Positions 25,259-52,557 of a stretch of 64,000 nt of DNA are shown one piece after another. The stretch comes from Hormiphora californensis (taxonomy: Eukaryota > Animalia > Ctenophora). Within the stretch, counting starts at the first letter, position 1; every line of letters begins with the position of its first letter. Where the stretch lies: assembly GCA_020137815.1 (NCBI GenBank), contig CM035360.1:2170001-2234000 (forward strand). The letters run 5' to 3'. A program made the position numbers and the translations under genes. The notes below the pieces were generated by a model. It was given only the letters and a program-made list of their open reading frames with translations, had not been told where the DNA came from and did no database searches.

Positions 25259-26084
25259 TAATTTACAGCTAAACAGGGATCAATTGGATCCATGGATTAT
25301 TTGGTCAATTGGATCATCGCCGTTCACCACCTTCCCCTGGGAAACAAAAGAAACTAAAAACGATCAGTGGCCTCGTTTTCGTTTTTCCAACTTTCCGGAA
25401 AATTTGTCGATTGGAAAAGTCAGGGGTAGAGCTTTTAACGAGGTCGGGTCGTATGATCCACCCCTGACAGACAAAACAAACGAGGTTTCTCGCAAAACGA
25501 ATTAATAAGTAAAGGAACTGGTGATCCGGATAAAATAGTTTAACAAATTCAACGCACCAAAATCAAGAATTAGTTAATTATCAGCCAATTAGCGGCTATC
25601 TCACAAAAATAAATGTGGGTCATTGGTCACTTACATATCTTACATACTGTGATTATTTAACAATAACATGAATTAATTCAGTAATTTAGCTTAATTTTAT
25701 TATCAAAATCCCCTTAAAACAAAAAAAAACAATCAGTTTCTTCATTTATTATCCGACTCTCCACTTGCCGGACTTATTGGGCAGGGCCGAGGACTACTGG
25801 TAATTAAGATTAGTATCTGTATGGCGGCGCCATACCCCATTTGATTCTCAGATGGGGTCGCAGCGCCAGACAGATTAATATATCAAATGTGATAATGAAT
25901 TGTCCCATCATTGATCTCCACTATAATTGTACCAGCGAAATCCCTGTGGGTTTAACCAATGTGTACTTTAGAATAATTCAGTACTACTTATACTACAGGA
26001 ATCCTGGTGACCATGATGACCATGGTCCTGCAGGATTATATTAATAGTATACTATAGTATTGGCTGACATGGTCTGATATCGAT

Positions 26085-38451
<12,367 letters not shown>

Positions 38452-41291
38452 AAAGTTTAAGACACTTCATTCACAAGAAATTATTTAAAGATATTCCTCT
38501 TGGTTTATTCGTGATAGTAAAAAATAAGCTGACAAAAGATTTAATCTAAGAGGCACGGTATTATGCACATTGGAAGGGCCTCCCTCTTCTAACTTATTTG
38601 TATTTTGAGCGGGTGGGGGATTGGGAATATCTTGCAGAAAATACCCGTTAAAGCGAAAGGTACCCAAACTGATATCTGCTTTAAACTTTCTTCAATTAAG
38701 TTAAGTAGCCAGTACTTCCACTGGCGTGTTAAGTGTAAGTATCCAGGCCTTGTCAGAATGAAGGGTAATCAGTAATGACACTGCACCGTACTGCAAAAAA
38801 TGGAAGAATACAAATACAAATACAAATACAAATACAATTAACGTTTATATTCCGCTTTGGGGCTAAATAAATGCTAACACTAATCAGCTGATCGGAACAG
38901 CGTCCTCCCAGTATTAACTAGCCTTCTAAAACGGCACCTATAGGATTTAAGATCCTTAGAAGTCTAATAAGTAACGTCGATAGTCGATATTAAATAATGA
39001 TATGAAAATAAATATGTATTAATAAATTATAGAAAAATTTTAAATAAATTATAGAAAAGTATTAACTAGCCTTCTAAAACGGCACCTGTAGGATTTAAGA
39101 TCCTTGAAAGTCTAATAAGTAACGTCGATAGTCGATATTAAATAATGATATGAAATTAAATATGTATTTATAAATTATAGAAAAGTAATTCTACTTGTAA
39201 TATAATCAATTGATAATTAATTACTTGATTAACTGATAAGAATTAATAAATAAAAACTGTGGCATTAGTTAAGTTAATAAGAAGTAAGAATACTATTGAT
39301 TAAGTTAGAAAAGTATTAATCAAGTTAATACGGAGTAGGAATATGTACTATAACGATATAAATAAGATATATATATATATATAAGTTGATAAGTTAATGT
39401 CTAAGTAGATGTAATAATAGAATAATAGCTAAGTATATATAGTAACTAATGACTTGAAAAATGACTAAACAAATAACCTCCGAAAGGTATAATATAGCTA
39501 AGTAAGAATAAGTTGATAATAAGTTGATACATATCAGAATATAATTAAAAATTAAAAATGGAGAAGACCATTAAAGGTCAGTCAGGTAAGCTAATTACAG
39601 GATTAAACTAAGTTAATTAAACTAAAATGTGCCAAGTGCAAAGGTAGGCTAACGTAGAAACGAGAAACCTAAAGACTAGCCCATACCAAAGATGACTAAC
39701 ACTCAAAACACACTATCCACACTCAACTGAACACATTCTCTGATCTCCACACTCAATTGAACAAAAGAGAGTTTATAAACGTTTCCCCACCCTGGCACAT
39801 CCGGGATCGTCGCCCTGGCTCCTCAGGGGGCTCACTCACTCAAAAATCCTAGAACTCTACTCTGGCCAGGGACATCAGCAACTCATAAAAACACACAAAA
39901 CTCGATAGACATACTCTTGGCATATAAATAGACCCCTACTCAGCTCAGATGTAGGAGGAAAGGACTTCATATGATTAGTAATTATCATAGGATAGGAGTG
40001 TAGCACTGATAGGAATGTAGTTCAGATAGGAATGTTGACCAATTAGGAATCATCGTTGCCTCCGGATAGCAGCAGTTACGCTGCTCGAAACTTCAGACTC
40101 CCAGCCCTTACAGAGACCCAACACTTCGACCAAACACCTCGCAGAGTCCAGAAACACAAAAAATAACCGCCAGCAAAAGGAGCCCACACCGAAACCTTCC
40201 AGAGGCCTCTAATACTTCGACTTCAAAACACTACAAAGCATAACAACTTCAACTCCATGTACCACCACTTAGCTCCACAACTGCTTCCAAACAAAGCTCC
40301 AAACCCTCACCGCTCAAACTACAAACTTATATACATTTTGGGTAAATGGTCCAAGCCCCTTTCGTTGCGGATTGCACCCATGAGGTAACATACAAATTTT
40401 TGCTTCCTTTTTCGTGTAAAAGGCTCGTGCAAAAGGCTCAGGCCTCAGATTCCAGGGAAAGATTTGAAAGTCGAAACAAAAAAAACAAGAGACAACAAAC
40501 AAAAAGTCAAAACAAAAAGATAAAACTAAAAAGTTGGCACACGCGCTCCAGCTCATGCAGCGCATGTATTTGCGCCGCGCGAGAGGATAATATTTTCAGC
40601 ACAACCAAAATAAAAAAGTACAAACAAAATTTAAAAATCAACGAACCAAAAAATTTGAGAATTGAGATGTCCCTCGTCCATCTATAATGACAATTCAGAT
40701 TTTTTTCATCACTAGAACTCATGCACACTGCACAGGATCTACTCAAGTCTTACAAATTCAATGAATATCCTCGGAAATTTTCAGGAAGCGCACAGCCGAC
40801 TGCCGCCCGACAGCGTGACCCGATTTGACCAATCACTGCATCCACAGTTCATATGAGTATGATACACATGTACTGTGCACACTGCGCTGTGATTGGTCAA
40901 AACTCGCCATGCATCTGTATGGCGGCGCCATATCCCATTTGTTTGGAAAAACCGAATTGGCTTAACTGGCGTAAAAGCTGTGTAATTTGTAAACACTGAA
41001 CTGTTTTTAGGGATCCCTATAACTACATTCTGAAATAAGGGAAACCATTCTCCCCATTCTTGCACCCCTCACCCCATTTTTTAACTGCTAAAATTAAGTA
41101 CCGCTTTGGTGACGCCATCACCTTACGCAATCACCTTACAACTCAGCCCGCTACGCGGGCTTCGTTTTCGTGCGCTACACGCGTGAGTTGTAAGGGTGAC
41201 TGCGTCACCAAAGCACCGCTTTGATGCTGTGAACTCGTTCCAGTATTATATTTTGACCCTCATTTATAATATATTTTAGCATACCAATAGA

Positions 41292-43743
41292 ATGAACGAT
41301 TACATACTGTACAATGAACTCGGCAGAGGATCTCATACTACTATTTATAAAGGCCGGAAAAAGGGTCAAATCGACTTTGTCGCAATCTGCAGTTACGAAA
41401 AAGAGTTTCAAAATTATGTCCAGAACAAGGTTTGTCTCAAAATTTTCCCTTGTTCGACCCTGTATCACCAATAAAGTGTTCTCGCAGTGTTTTTACACCT
41501 GTGTTTTTACACACAAACACACAGAATATGATTGACAAGGTACCACACAACACAAAGTTTGTCATTTTACACTCACTCTCCCTCTTTCTCTCACTAATTA
41601 TCCCCTTATCACGTTTTGTAAATAAGGGTTAGAACATAACAACCAAAAGTAACACCCATGGGATATCATCGATTATGCTCTTCTTTCAGGTTGCTATACT
41701 CTCCCAAGCACGACACCCGAACATTGTTCAATTCTACGAGTGGTACGAGACATGTGAGTAGACTAATCTCATCCGAATTGATATTCTTAGTTCCCTAGAA
41801 TTCACAGTTTGACTCCTCCCCCATTTTCAGCATCCCACTTTTGGGTGATTGAGGAGTTGTGCAATGGGTGCAGTCTGGCAATGGTAATGGGTCAGGATGT
41901 TCCCGTGCCAGAACCGGTGGTGCGGGATGCAGCCCTCCAACTAACCCAGGCCCTCCATCACATCCATTCAACAGGAATTGTTGTGAGGAATCTTCACCCA
42001 CAAAAGGTTTAAATTGCTTTTCAGTACGATTTGCACGTACAAAACTATAGCAATAGTTTTAGTGATCTATTATTTTAATGATCTATTACACAGGTGTTTG
42101 TGAATGCTAAAGGTCATCTAAAGCTCGGTGGTTTCCTAATGGGCTGTGACCTATCCAGACCCGCGGAGGAAAGTGTCACACCCGCCCTCTCGCCCCTCTA
42201 CTGCTCACCGGAAGCACTCCAACAAAATACTTGGAGTTACGCCAGCGATCTGTGGTCACTGGGAGCCATTCTCTTCCACATGTACGCGGGACGGGAACCC
42301 TTTCCCGGGACGACACTGGAGGAGATAACTGCGGGAATGGCTGTTGAGCGGGAACGAAGGGAGGGCGGTGGGAACTTGATTCCAATTGTTAATGGTGCAG
42401 AAGAAAAAGACATGCAACGCCTTACTATTCCAGGTACTACACATCGAAATTCACTATCAAAATATTTGCTAGAAATTTTTACCCAGATCCCCGATTTTAC
42501 TTTTCGAATTCTACACGTGAACAAGAGGTGATTATATTCCCACCCCTCTCTCTCAGCATGTGGAGTGGATGGTACCCCCCTTTCGGAGGAACTCCACCAC
42601 CTCCTCTCTGGACTGCTCCACCCTGACCCCGAGAAGAGGTTGTCTTGGCGGGAACTGGAGTCTCATCCTTATTTCACCACCAGGAACGATCTTGTCCATG
42701 CATCCTTCTTCAGTCAGGATAATAGTAGCAGCTCCAAGGCAGTGAGAGAGAGTTTCATAAAGGATGAAGGTGAGATAGGTAGTTGAGCGACCCGTAAAAA
42801 CTCAAGAGTTTTGGGACCTTCAAATAAAATTCAAGACATTTCAGGAGGTTGATAAGATTGAATTTAAGTTCTAAAAAATAAAATAGGAGGTTAAATAATA
42901 GCAGGTTAAATCACATCATCTCTCCCAGTTTCGGCTCTCTCTGATTCACTGAACCGGACTGTTACCCTTGATAAGGGGACTGCAGCTGTTCAGGATGAAA
43001 AAGAAGAGGAAGAAGAGGAGGACGAGTTGACCGAACATATGACAGAGTCGATGATCCAAATGCCCGAAATTTCCATACCTGAACCTAAACCTGAACCACC
43101 CGTGAGTTGATGAGATTTATAGTTTATACTAATATCATAGTTTGTCGAACAACTTTTCATACTACATACTATTTTACTTTGTTGCGTTGATAACATTCTT
43201 TAGCTGTACCACTAACCACTAATTCTCCACTAATTCTCCCCTAATTCTCCCCTAATTCTCCCCTAATTCTCCCCTAATTCTCCCATCAGAAGACGTCGTC
43301 CAGTAGGAAGGTCACTCCAACAGCGTCCTCTACCCCTCTACCAACCCTGGAAGTGGGACTGACCCTGGAAGCACTGCTCCAAGAGTACCAGGCCACAATC
43401 ATACCTCAACCCATTGTTGGTAGGTGCCACACCCAACCCTTTTTGTAGGTTATTGAGATTAATTTAACTAATTTAGGTATTAATCCACTCTCGTTATTAG
43501 GTAACCCAAAGGTATTCAAAGAGCCGATAACTATGCGGTGTGATATGCGTGTATTACCATGGCAACCCCTTCCTGCTGCTACACTACAGGACTGCGAGAG
43601 CCCCGAGGTGTCCCATCATCTCGTTGAAATAGCTGACTTTCTTTGTAAGTCACGGGGCCTAAAAACAAGCTTACTTTATTTCTCAGATTTCTCTATCTCT
43701 CTCTCTCTAATATCTCTCTCTCTCTATCTCTCCCCCTCTCTTT

Positions 43744-43786
<43 letters not shown>

Positions 43787-46700
43787 TATTAATTATCTTA
43801 CAGATGCTAGGAGGCCGGGAAGTAAGTGGTGTTACAAAAAAAGATGATTTCTTTTTGTCTGCGAAAACAGCATTTGTGTTTAGAATCAACTGTAGAAAGC
43901 TGACTTTTGTTTTATGGAAACAAGCCGCTTCTGTATTATATATTCAATATTTACGTTTTCCTGTCCAAAAAATTAAAAAATTAAAAATATGTACAACCAA
44001 TGTAAGATACATCCCTCTTTTTCAGCTAAAAAGACGTCAGGTACTAAGGAGATGGCGAGCTGTATCGGCTATCTTTATAACCTGTCCCAATATGAGAACT
44101 GTGTCTATCTGACAGTGAATTCTGAACTCCTTATCACCCTCTCATATCTCGTCAAATCGACCACTGAAGACGTGTAAGTTTTAAAACTCCATGTTCATAT
44201 TAATATTTCCACAAGGAGCATTATACCTAGTGAAAATGAATTTCTGTTAGTTTCCAGTTTCCACCATACGATAGTATTCTAGGTAGTTTCTTGTCATACT
44301 CGGAGAGGGCACTCAGCACTGCTGCACTGGGTTGTCTTTTGTACCGTGTGGGGCAATCAAAACGCTCCCCCAAGTCTACCATAGTTCCAGATATCGTGGA
44401 GTTCACAGCCCCCAATATATCAAATATTTTACAGTCAGATAAAGATAGTGCAGCTGATTGGGGCTCTGGTACAGAACAGTACAGTTATTGAGCCTGAAAC
44501 TCGTCTAGGTATGTTTTATTTCGTGATTTATAATTTGTAAGTACACACTTCATAATAATTTAAACGCTTTAATTTAATTTAACTAAATTTTATAAATAAA
44601 ATTACAATCTCCTATCTCTACAGGTGAGTGTGTGTCTGTGTTGACTGATGTTCTCAGGGACAGCTCCAGATCCATCCTTCTTCGCCAGTTCACCCTTGCA
44701 ACCCTGGGGGAACTCATGTTCTACATCGCGAGTCAGGTATTTTAATTAATTAATTAGTTAATTAATTAGTTCTATTTTTTCCCGAACATGACCGTGCTAT
44801 ACCATTTGTGACTTGTCACTTGCCTTGCTCGGCACTCTTTTCAAAAAACAATTTGTGGCCCTAACTTATCATAGCCCAGAGATCACAAAATGCCGCTAAA
44901 CAATAAAATTTCAGGAAGAATCTGATGGTATAAATCCATCCTGGTCAATTCCATCCAGCACCTTTGTCTGCATCACCCGGTGCCTCAGGGAGGGGGAGGA
45001 AATAGCAACTCAGTTGTGCGCTGCTAAAATAATTGAAAACGTGTGTGCAGTTCAGAGCCAACATATCAACTCCTTTACTCAAGGTAATTTAAATGTTTGT
45101 TTTTGGTGAAATAAAATGCAGTTTGAAGTTCTTTTTCTACCCTATTTTGAGGTCCCACTGAGGTTTCTAATTTCAGATCACATTGCATTATCTCTTTGGA
45201 AGCTCCAAATGAAGCAGTCTCCTACTGACAGTGCTCACGTTTCATTTGTTAGAGCACTGGGTATCATGACCCTTAATGAGCCGCTCCTCTTTGCCCACAT
45301 TGTCACCAAGATAGGGCTGGTCAATGTCCTGGAGAATCTTAACAAGTCTCAACCATTTCTACAGGTATATCAGCTACATATCAGAGTTTGTAAATTAGTT
45401 AATCAATCAATTGGTTGTTTAATCCCCAAATCTGCGTTAATTAAATTCAGCTGATAGATGTTGATGTATTTTTATTAGTAGCTGTAGAATGTTGGAATAC
45501 AATTTCTAATCCCCAATCCTCAGAAAGAAATCCTGTCCTTCTTCATCTATGGGTTGAAAGGCACAAAACCCAATGCGACCTGTAAACGAGTCATGTCTGA
45601 GAAGACACTACTGACTCGGCTGATATCTCTCCTTGGTGGAACACACTCAATGACAAAGTGAGTGATCTGAGAGGGAGGGGGATCCCCAAAACATATGATA
45701 TGTGTCATGGGGTACAAAATATGTTGAGTATCATCATGAATTAACCATTCCAACCTTAGTAATTCGTTGGTAATGAAATTCCCCCTCTGCGCTAACTCAC
45801 TCATATGCAATAATAGGGGTGACTTCGTAACCAAAGTAATTCGTTCGTAACAAAGTTACCGCCTCCTTGCCAACATGATATTAATATTGTGTAACCTAAC
45901 TCTTACCCTAGTAATGTAGTGATGTCTAGTTGCACTAACCAATACCCATCATCTCTCAGGTCCCTAGCTGCACTATTGTTGACGATGCTGGTAACGACTA
46001 CTGATGGACTTACTAATGCTTGCGAACAAAAGTATGTCTGATAACAACTTATCCCTTGTATTGTTCATACTATAGCACAACTTATCCCCTCCCTCATGAG
46101 CTGTAGTGCAGTGTACTGTCTCTTACCCCGCACATCCCTCAGTAACTAAGCTTCAGTTGGAGGATTAGGAGAACCATTGTTTGAGAAATTATTATCCTTG
46201 CTTTACAATTATTGATGTCCTCTCTATTAGGTTGGTGCAGTGTTTGGATAAGGAACTAAAGAGAACTGCAGATGGGTTCAGTGCAAGATGTCTCGGGTTC
46301 CTGTCATCTAAACTCCTCTCTTTTATACCCTCTATCCTAGGTACGTAAAATTATCATTTTAGTTGAATACCATTTTCAAGTATATGATATCATTCGAATA
46401 AAATTATGTTGAAAATTATAATGTTCCGGTGGAACAGTTCTGCTATGAAACTACTGCTGATTAAATCCTCAATCCTCTGTACTGCTGCTTCAGATCTTGT
46501 TGAATCCAGTCTACGGAAGGTTGAGGGCCGAAGGAACCCGAACAGCGCTCAGATGAAGGAGCTGGGTACCACCCTTCCTTCCCTCCCCACCCTTCTTCAT
46601 CTCCTCACCTCCCGGTCCCTGGGCCCCCATGCTCTCGCTGCTACAAACATGGAACAGCTGTGCGATCTTATCAAAATGGTACATGGTACATGGTATAACA

Positions 46701-49700
46701 GGGTACAGGGTACATGGTACAGGGTACATGGGTTGTTTCAAAATGGTACACCATTTCAGAAGGAACACGTCTAGGAACCGGCGATTCTTCTCCATCTCGA
46801 TCTTTAGTTATTACCTAAAGATCGAGATCGAGATCGAGAAGAATCGCCGGTTTCTAAACACGTCACACATTGATGAGTACCGGTAGGCATCAATGTGTGT
46901 TCCTTCTGAATCACTGGAAATAATCGTGATCATCCCAGATATTATCTAGAAATCACTCTAATTATCTGGGATCTACTTCCAAACTCAATGTACTTTAATA
47001 TTGTGTACACGTGGTAGGGGCTTCTTTGCTCAACAATTAATGATCCACTCCACAAACTGATAACTTGTTATGTTCTAACCCTCTCTTACACGAGCTGATA
47101 ACTAACAGTGATCCTTCCTCCTAGGTGCCTACTATTCAAACAGGGGAGACGGGTGTGGGTGTCCACTGCGAGGATACTATTGCAACCTTCCTATCTCTAG
47201 CAGAGCTGTGTCTTCCAGTTCATTGTCCCGTGGAATGGGCCATTCCCGCCGTGGGTGCCTTATGCAAAACACAGGTATGTTAACATTTACTACAACTGTT
47301 TACTGTGAACATGGGACTTGTCACCCAAAATATGTAATACCCCCCCCCTGCCCCTAGTGCCTCCTTACTACACACCTCACATCCCACTAGGGGGAGTATA
47401 AAGGTGTGGGTGCCCAGCTCTGTATTCGTGTAACTGATCGTGCAGTTGTTACTCTGGAGGGGGATGTGCTGGCTCAACTGTATAATTCACATATCCTGCC
47501 AACCATACAGGTATTACATCAATTAGTTGACCAATTAGTTGTCTAATTAGTTGTCTAATTAGTTGATCAATTAGTTGTCTAATTAGTTGATAAATTAGGG
47601 GGGGGGGTTCAACCCTAAAAATTTCCATTGATACCCACTTTTTTGGCAAATGGAAATTTTATTTTGGAAATTTTTAGAAATTTTTAGAAATTTTTAGAAA
47701 TTTTTGGAAATTTTTGGAAATTTTTAGAATTTTTTGGAAATTTTTAGAAATTTTTAGAAATTTTTAGAAATTTATGGACAATGGAAATTTTTGGAAGTTT
47801 TTAGTAAATGGAAATTTTTAGAAATTTTTAGAAGTTTTTAGAAATTTTTAGAAATTTTTAGAAGTTTTTAGAAACTTTTAGAAGTTTATATAAGTTCGTC
47901 GGTAACCCAATTCCAAGGTAATGACAGGTAATCTATGCATGTTTTCGACAGTAAGTTAGTACTTATTCTCGCTATATCCCTTATCGAGTTTAAAAAAGAG
48001 TTTAAGTTTCTATATACCCTGTTAACTTAAATAATGCGCCAGTGGCGAGAAGTCCCACTAGCGCGCTCTCGATAACCAGCCAGTCCAGCGGCAGATTATT
48101 TCCCACTGGCAGGTTATTTATTTTTAACTCCTACGTAACATTCAAAGTGTGTGTAAATGATCAGTTCTTACTAAAATACAGAGGGAAAACTATGTGCAAC
48201 ACTTACACACTACATTGGAGAGAAAGAAAGGACACATTCCGTCAATTACTCTCTCTTTATCTCCCCTTTTGTCTCACTATCTCTTTCTCTGTGTTATTTG
48301 TGACATGCCCCTTATCAGGCTATTTCTTTCACTCTCTTTCCTTAGCAACTGCTTAGTAACTGTTACCAAACAGTGTACACTCAATGTGACGTGTTTTTAA
48401 CTATTTCTCAGTTCTCTTTGTGTGTTTTGATTCGTGTTCTCTCTCTTGTTGGTGTGTAATACTTGAAATAAACAACTAAAGCAGGGTATATAACCCATAA
48501 ACTCTGACCACTGGCACGTTATAGGTTTAAACCCCTCCGCCTCTCCCTCGGCTCCGCCTCGGGATCGTCGTCGTGATTTAAACCAGTTTATCCGCCAGCG
48601 GCGGATAAACTCCAGCTAACTTCTCCCAGCGGCGCGCTGGGAGAAAGTTAGCTGAAATAACACGCCAGTGGCCAGAGTTTATGCCTCATATATTGTATGC
48701 TAAGAAACCTGATCTACTACGGTATTAAGCATTAGTCATGGTAAAAGGACCCGTCCGAAGGAATATTTAAAAGTAAGTTACCAAATAGCACCTTATATAA
48801 GTACATAAGGTATCTTGTGCTATTTGGTAACTTACTTTTAAATCAGTTTTCGAGACGTCCGCGTCCTTAGTTGTCCAATGAAGCTATGATTTCTGAAGAA
48901 ATTGTACGGATTGCCCAAAAATATATGATATCGATGTCTTATCTATCATTCAATAACTTATTGATGCTCAGTTGTCACAAGAGGTAAGGAAAAGGAACCA
49001 GTTCTTCGACAACTGTGTTTATATATTTTCAAGTTTTTGTTAATTTTTCTTTTCTTGGTCAATGGAAATTTTTGGAAATTTTTAGAAATTTTTAGAAATT
49101 TTTGGAAATTAATGGAAATTTTTGGAAATTTTTGGAAATTAAATTTTTGGAAATTTTTAGTACTAAAAACTTCTAAAAATTTCTAAAAACTTCTAAAAAT
49201 TTCTAAAAATTTCTAAAAATTTCCATCGATACCCGGATTTTGGCAAATAGAAATGGAAATTTTTAGGTTGAACCCCCCCCCCAAATTAGTTGTCTACTTA
49301 GTTAATTAATGAGTACATGATATTCTTCCTTGGTTCAGAGTCTACACAAAACAATAACTCATATATTGAAGCCAAATAACTAATTACATACCTCTTTATT
49401 TTAGGGTCTACTCTTGGAGAATTCACCACTTCCAACACTAGCCCTGAAGATCGTTCTCCCTGTTGCCAGAATTTGTCCTCAGGTTGGTCTATTCTCACTT
49501 CCATCGTCTAATTTACTTGATGGTTGTCGTCCTTTGTCTTCCTCTGACATCTCACATCCTTTGTCTTTTAACTTTTATTTTTTTCTCTCATCATATTTGT
49601 CGTGTCATTATCTGCCCTGACCTCCGTCCACCATAATCTACTCCATTTAAACCTAAATATACAACATGACGTATTCCTATATTTTGCAGATTTCTCTCGA

Positions 49701-51787
49701 AGATAATGGTGTAATTACAGCTCTGGTTGAACTGCTGAGAGACAGTGAGGGGTCCCTTCTTCACCTTGTCATAGAGACCCTCTCTCTCGCCATGATCTCT
49801 CCCTCCGCCGACTTCCCTTGGCTTTATACACTAGGTAACATATACGCTACATAATACCTTTATACTGCAGTGGGACACCCTGTAGTATAGAGACAAAGTC
49901 AAGCTACTATCTGATATACAGCCGCACCCCGATTTACTGGGATGTTCGGGAAAGCAGTTCTATTTATTAGTACAAAAGCTGGAAGTTCAAATCACAATCC
50001 TCCCCCAGCGGTCCACGAGTTGTTATGTCTGGCCATCCTAAAACTCGGAGTGAGTATCGATGTACCTGAGAGGGCCGTTATTGCAGCAGTATCATGCCTT
50101 GCTGCACTACTAAACTATGTGAAAGGAGTCGTCAAGAAAGCGTTACAGGTAATTTAGTTGATACCACCAGGGTGGGGGTTTTCGGAGTAGCAATTACCAA
50201 CATAACTTCTCATTTAAATCCCTAACTAAGTTCTCTAGCAATCTAACTATTTAGGTTCCCTTCACTTCCCTAATTGGTGATTAAATCCCCTAATTTATGT
50301 TTAGCTGTGCGGCTGTTAGTGCAGTAGGGGTGACTGCGTCACCAACTTCCCTAACTAAGGTGTCTCCCCTAGTCCTCCAACAAATCAAGCGGTGAGGAAG
50401 TGCTCAGATCTTCACGATGTGTCGTCAATACCTGTGGAGTGTTACTGGTGTGGTACGGTGTTGCTCCTGACACTGCACCTGCCACCCTGCTACAAATTGT
50501 ACAGTTATATGGAGGGGAATATAAGGACTTTCTCACACCTTACAACGTGGTACAGTATAGAGTGGGGTGGACCACTATTATAACGTATAAACTTGGACAT
50601 ATTTTGCGGGAGCCGGGGTGTCCCACTATTTTAACTTGACAAAGACAGTGGTAAAATATAATAAGGGTGGTTTGAAAAACATAATAACCACTGGTTATTA
50701 TGTTTTTGTAACCCATTTATCCACCCCAGGATATTATTACAACTGCCCTGCTAGATGGAAATGATGACATGAGAAAAACAACATTGAAAATTCTAAAAAG
50801 AGTGGTAAATTATACGAATTTTACTGTAATCATAGTGGTGTCTTTTTGTGTCCAGATCCTGAAGAATTCGACACCATTAATTTCGTTGTCTGATGTTTAC
50901 TGTTTATCAGGAACCGACCGAAACAAGTAAACAACCAATCAGAACTCGTTATTTAGGTTACGTGACTGGTTATCAGCCAATCAGGGACCAGTATTTCCTG
51001 ATTCGGTCGGTTCCTGCTGTTTATCCCTGATCCCATGTTTTCTGATTTAGTTGAGTACCGGTCCGGAGATATTGACCCTAATGCAAAGTCCAACACGAGA
51101 CCAACTCTCTTCCTCCCTTCAGCAAGTCAAGCACTCCTCCCCCATGTAAGTTTTTACTTGTTTAACCCTCTCTCTCTCCGCGGGTTTGAGCAAAACAAGG
51201 TTTTACCCAGTTGCACAGAGATGGGTTTGGTAATGAAATTACCCCTCTGTTATTATTGCTCATGTAAGCAATAAAAGGGGTGACTTCGTAACCAAGAGAT
51301 GGATGGAGTTGCGATGTGGGTCATGGGTGTCTGGTTGATTTTATAATCCGCCGGTTGAACTAAACAAGGTTGAACAAGGGAGCACGGAGACAGTTCAAAT
51401 AATTTACTTTGACGGCCGAAAACGATTGACAGTCTACACTGTCTCTAGGACTGTCCCTAGGACAATTAAATGATAAGGGACGTTCTACATCGGTTGCTCT
51501 TCACCCGTTGGTTCTGGAACACGCGCGCTGTTTTCAATATTTAAAGCAAACTTTTCAGCAGTTAGTTTCAGCGCGGCGTGGGAAAATATTCGTTTTCGCG
51601 CACCGTTTTGTGTCTATTCAATGTTCCAACAAATTGAAACAATGTTCTTCTGTTTTCTAAACTAAACACGTTACTTCTATTTCTAAACTAAACACGTTAC
51701 TTCTATTTTCTAAACTAAACACGTTACTTTCTCAGATTGGTAACATTGGCGGATGAAGTCTCAAAGATGCTTGTAAAGAAAAACTGA
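41292..51787 (+). CDS. ULK4: ULK4 pseudokinase with C-terminal HEAT/ARM repeats (multi-exon)
   Basis: MNDYILYNELGRGSHTTIYKGRKKGQIDFVAI (cf. ULK4 [32 protein letters not shown]); HPNIVQFYEWYET, HFWVIEELC; degenerate VRNLHPQKV and GGF in place of HRD/DFG; ATLGELMFYIASQ; CAAKIIENV; TGA 51785-51787. Confidence 0.93.
47598..49282. mobile_element. Poly-G-ended TIR element with (GAAATTTTTA)n subterminal arrays, in a ULK4 intron
   Basis: G10-TTCAACCCTAAAAATTTCC ... GGAAATTTTTAGGTTGAA-C10; flanking AAATTAG on both sides; probable nested repeat ~48030-48690. Confidence 0.8.
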
Positions 51788-52386
51788 TGGAATAAATAAT
51801 TGAAACTGCGTGGTGAAGCATTTAGTTCATTATTTGAAAGGACTCACCAAGCTATTATAAGAATTGCACACTTTTTCCTATTTCCATCGGACAAAACATA
51901 TTAGAATTATTATTTTGTTTGTATTTTGAAAAGTATGAACACTTTTTTTCAGTTCCATTATTCGTAAAAACATTACATTTGTTTAAATGTGCTTCGAGTT
52001 CAATACCCCCCCCCCCATTCCCTTAACAAAATGAGTCCCAAATTTACTAAACAGTATTCAAATATGCAATGTAATAGCAACGTCAAGTCTAACATAGTAT
52101 CCTCGCTAGGGTTTATGTCGGATAATCGGTGTTCCATCAGATCCAGAATGTGTGCATGGCAAGCAGACTCCTCTCCAACTCCAAGAACAGCAGTGTGGAA
52201 CTGGAGTTATGGATCGTGAACCACATCTTATACATAATCTCTCATGCAAGGTAAGTCCTGTTTCTATAAAACCTCAAATTTATATCATTGGCGGGGAAGT
52301 CCTGACTAGTCAGTAGTCACTGACTAGTAGCCAGGTTTCTCACTTTATGGATTTCTGACTCCTTGGGGTTCAGGTCTGTAGTAATA

Positions 52387-52557
52387 CAGTCGGACCCCGA
52401 TTTAGTGGCACCCTCGGGGGAAAAACATCCTGCCACTAAATCGGGGTGCCACTAAATCGGGTTCAAATAATGTTAATTTCCTATATCGGGGAAAAAAAAT
52501 CCTGCCACTAAATCGGGGTGCCACTAAATCGGGGGCCACTAAATCGGGGTCCGAATG
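52387..52557. mobile_element. Tc1/mariner (pogo-like) MITE
   Basis: TA|CAGTCGGACCCCGATTTAGTGGC ... GCCACTAAATCGGGGTCCGAATG|TA with internal GCCACTAAATCGGG repeats. Confidence 0.88.

Noticed and set aside
38805-40320. (TACAAA)n run, ~150-bp duplication and strand-skewed stretch suggesting a retroelement remnant
   Set aside because: No TSD, RT motif or defined ends found by eye; left unclassified.
40314-40746. Cys-containing minus-strand ORFs suggesting a THAP/transposase remnant
   Set aside because: No complete C2CH signature or consistent splicing could be built; the starts are non-ATG.
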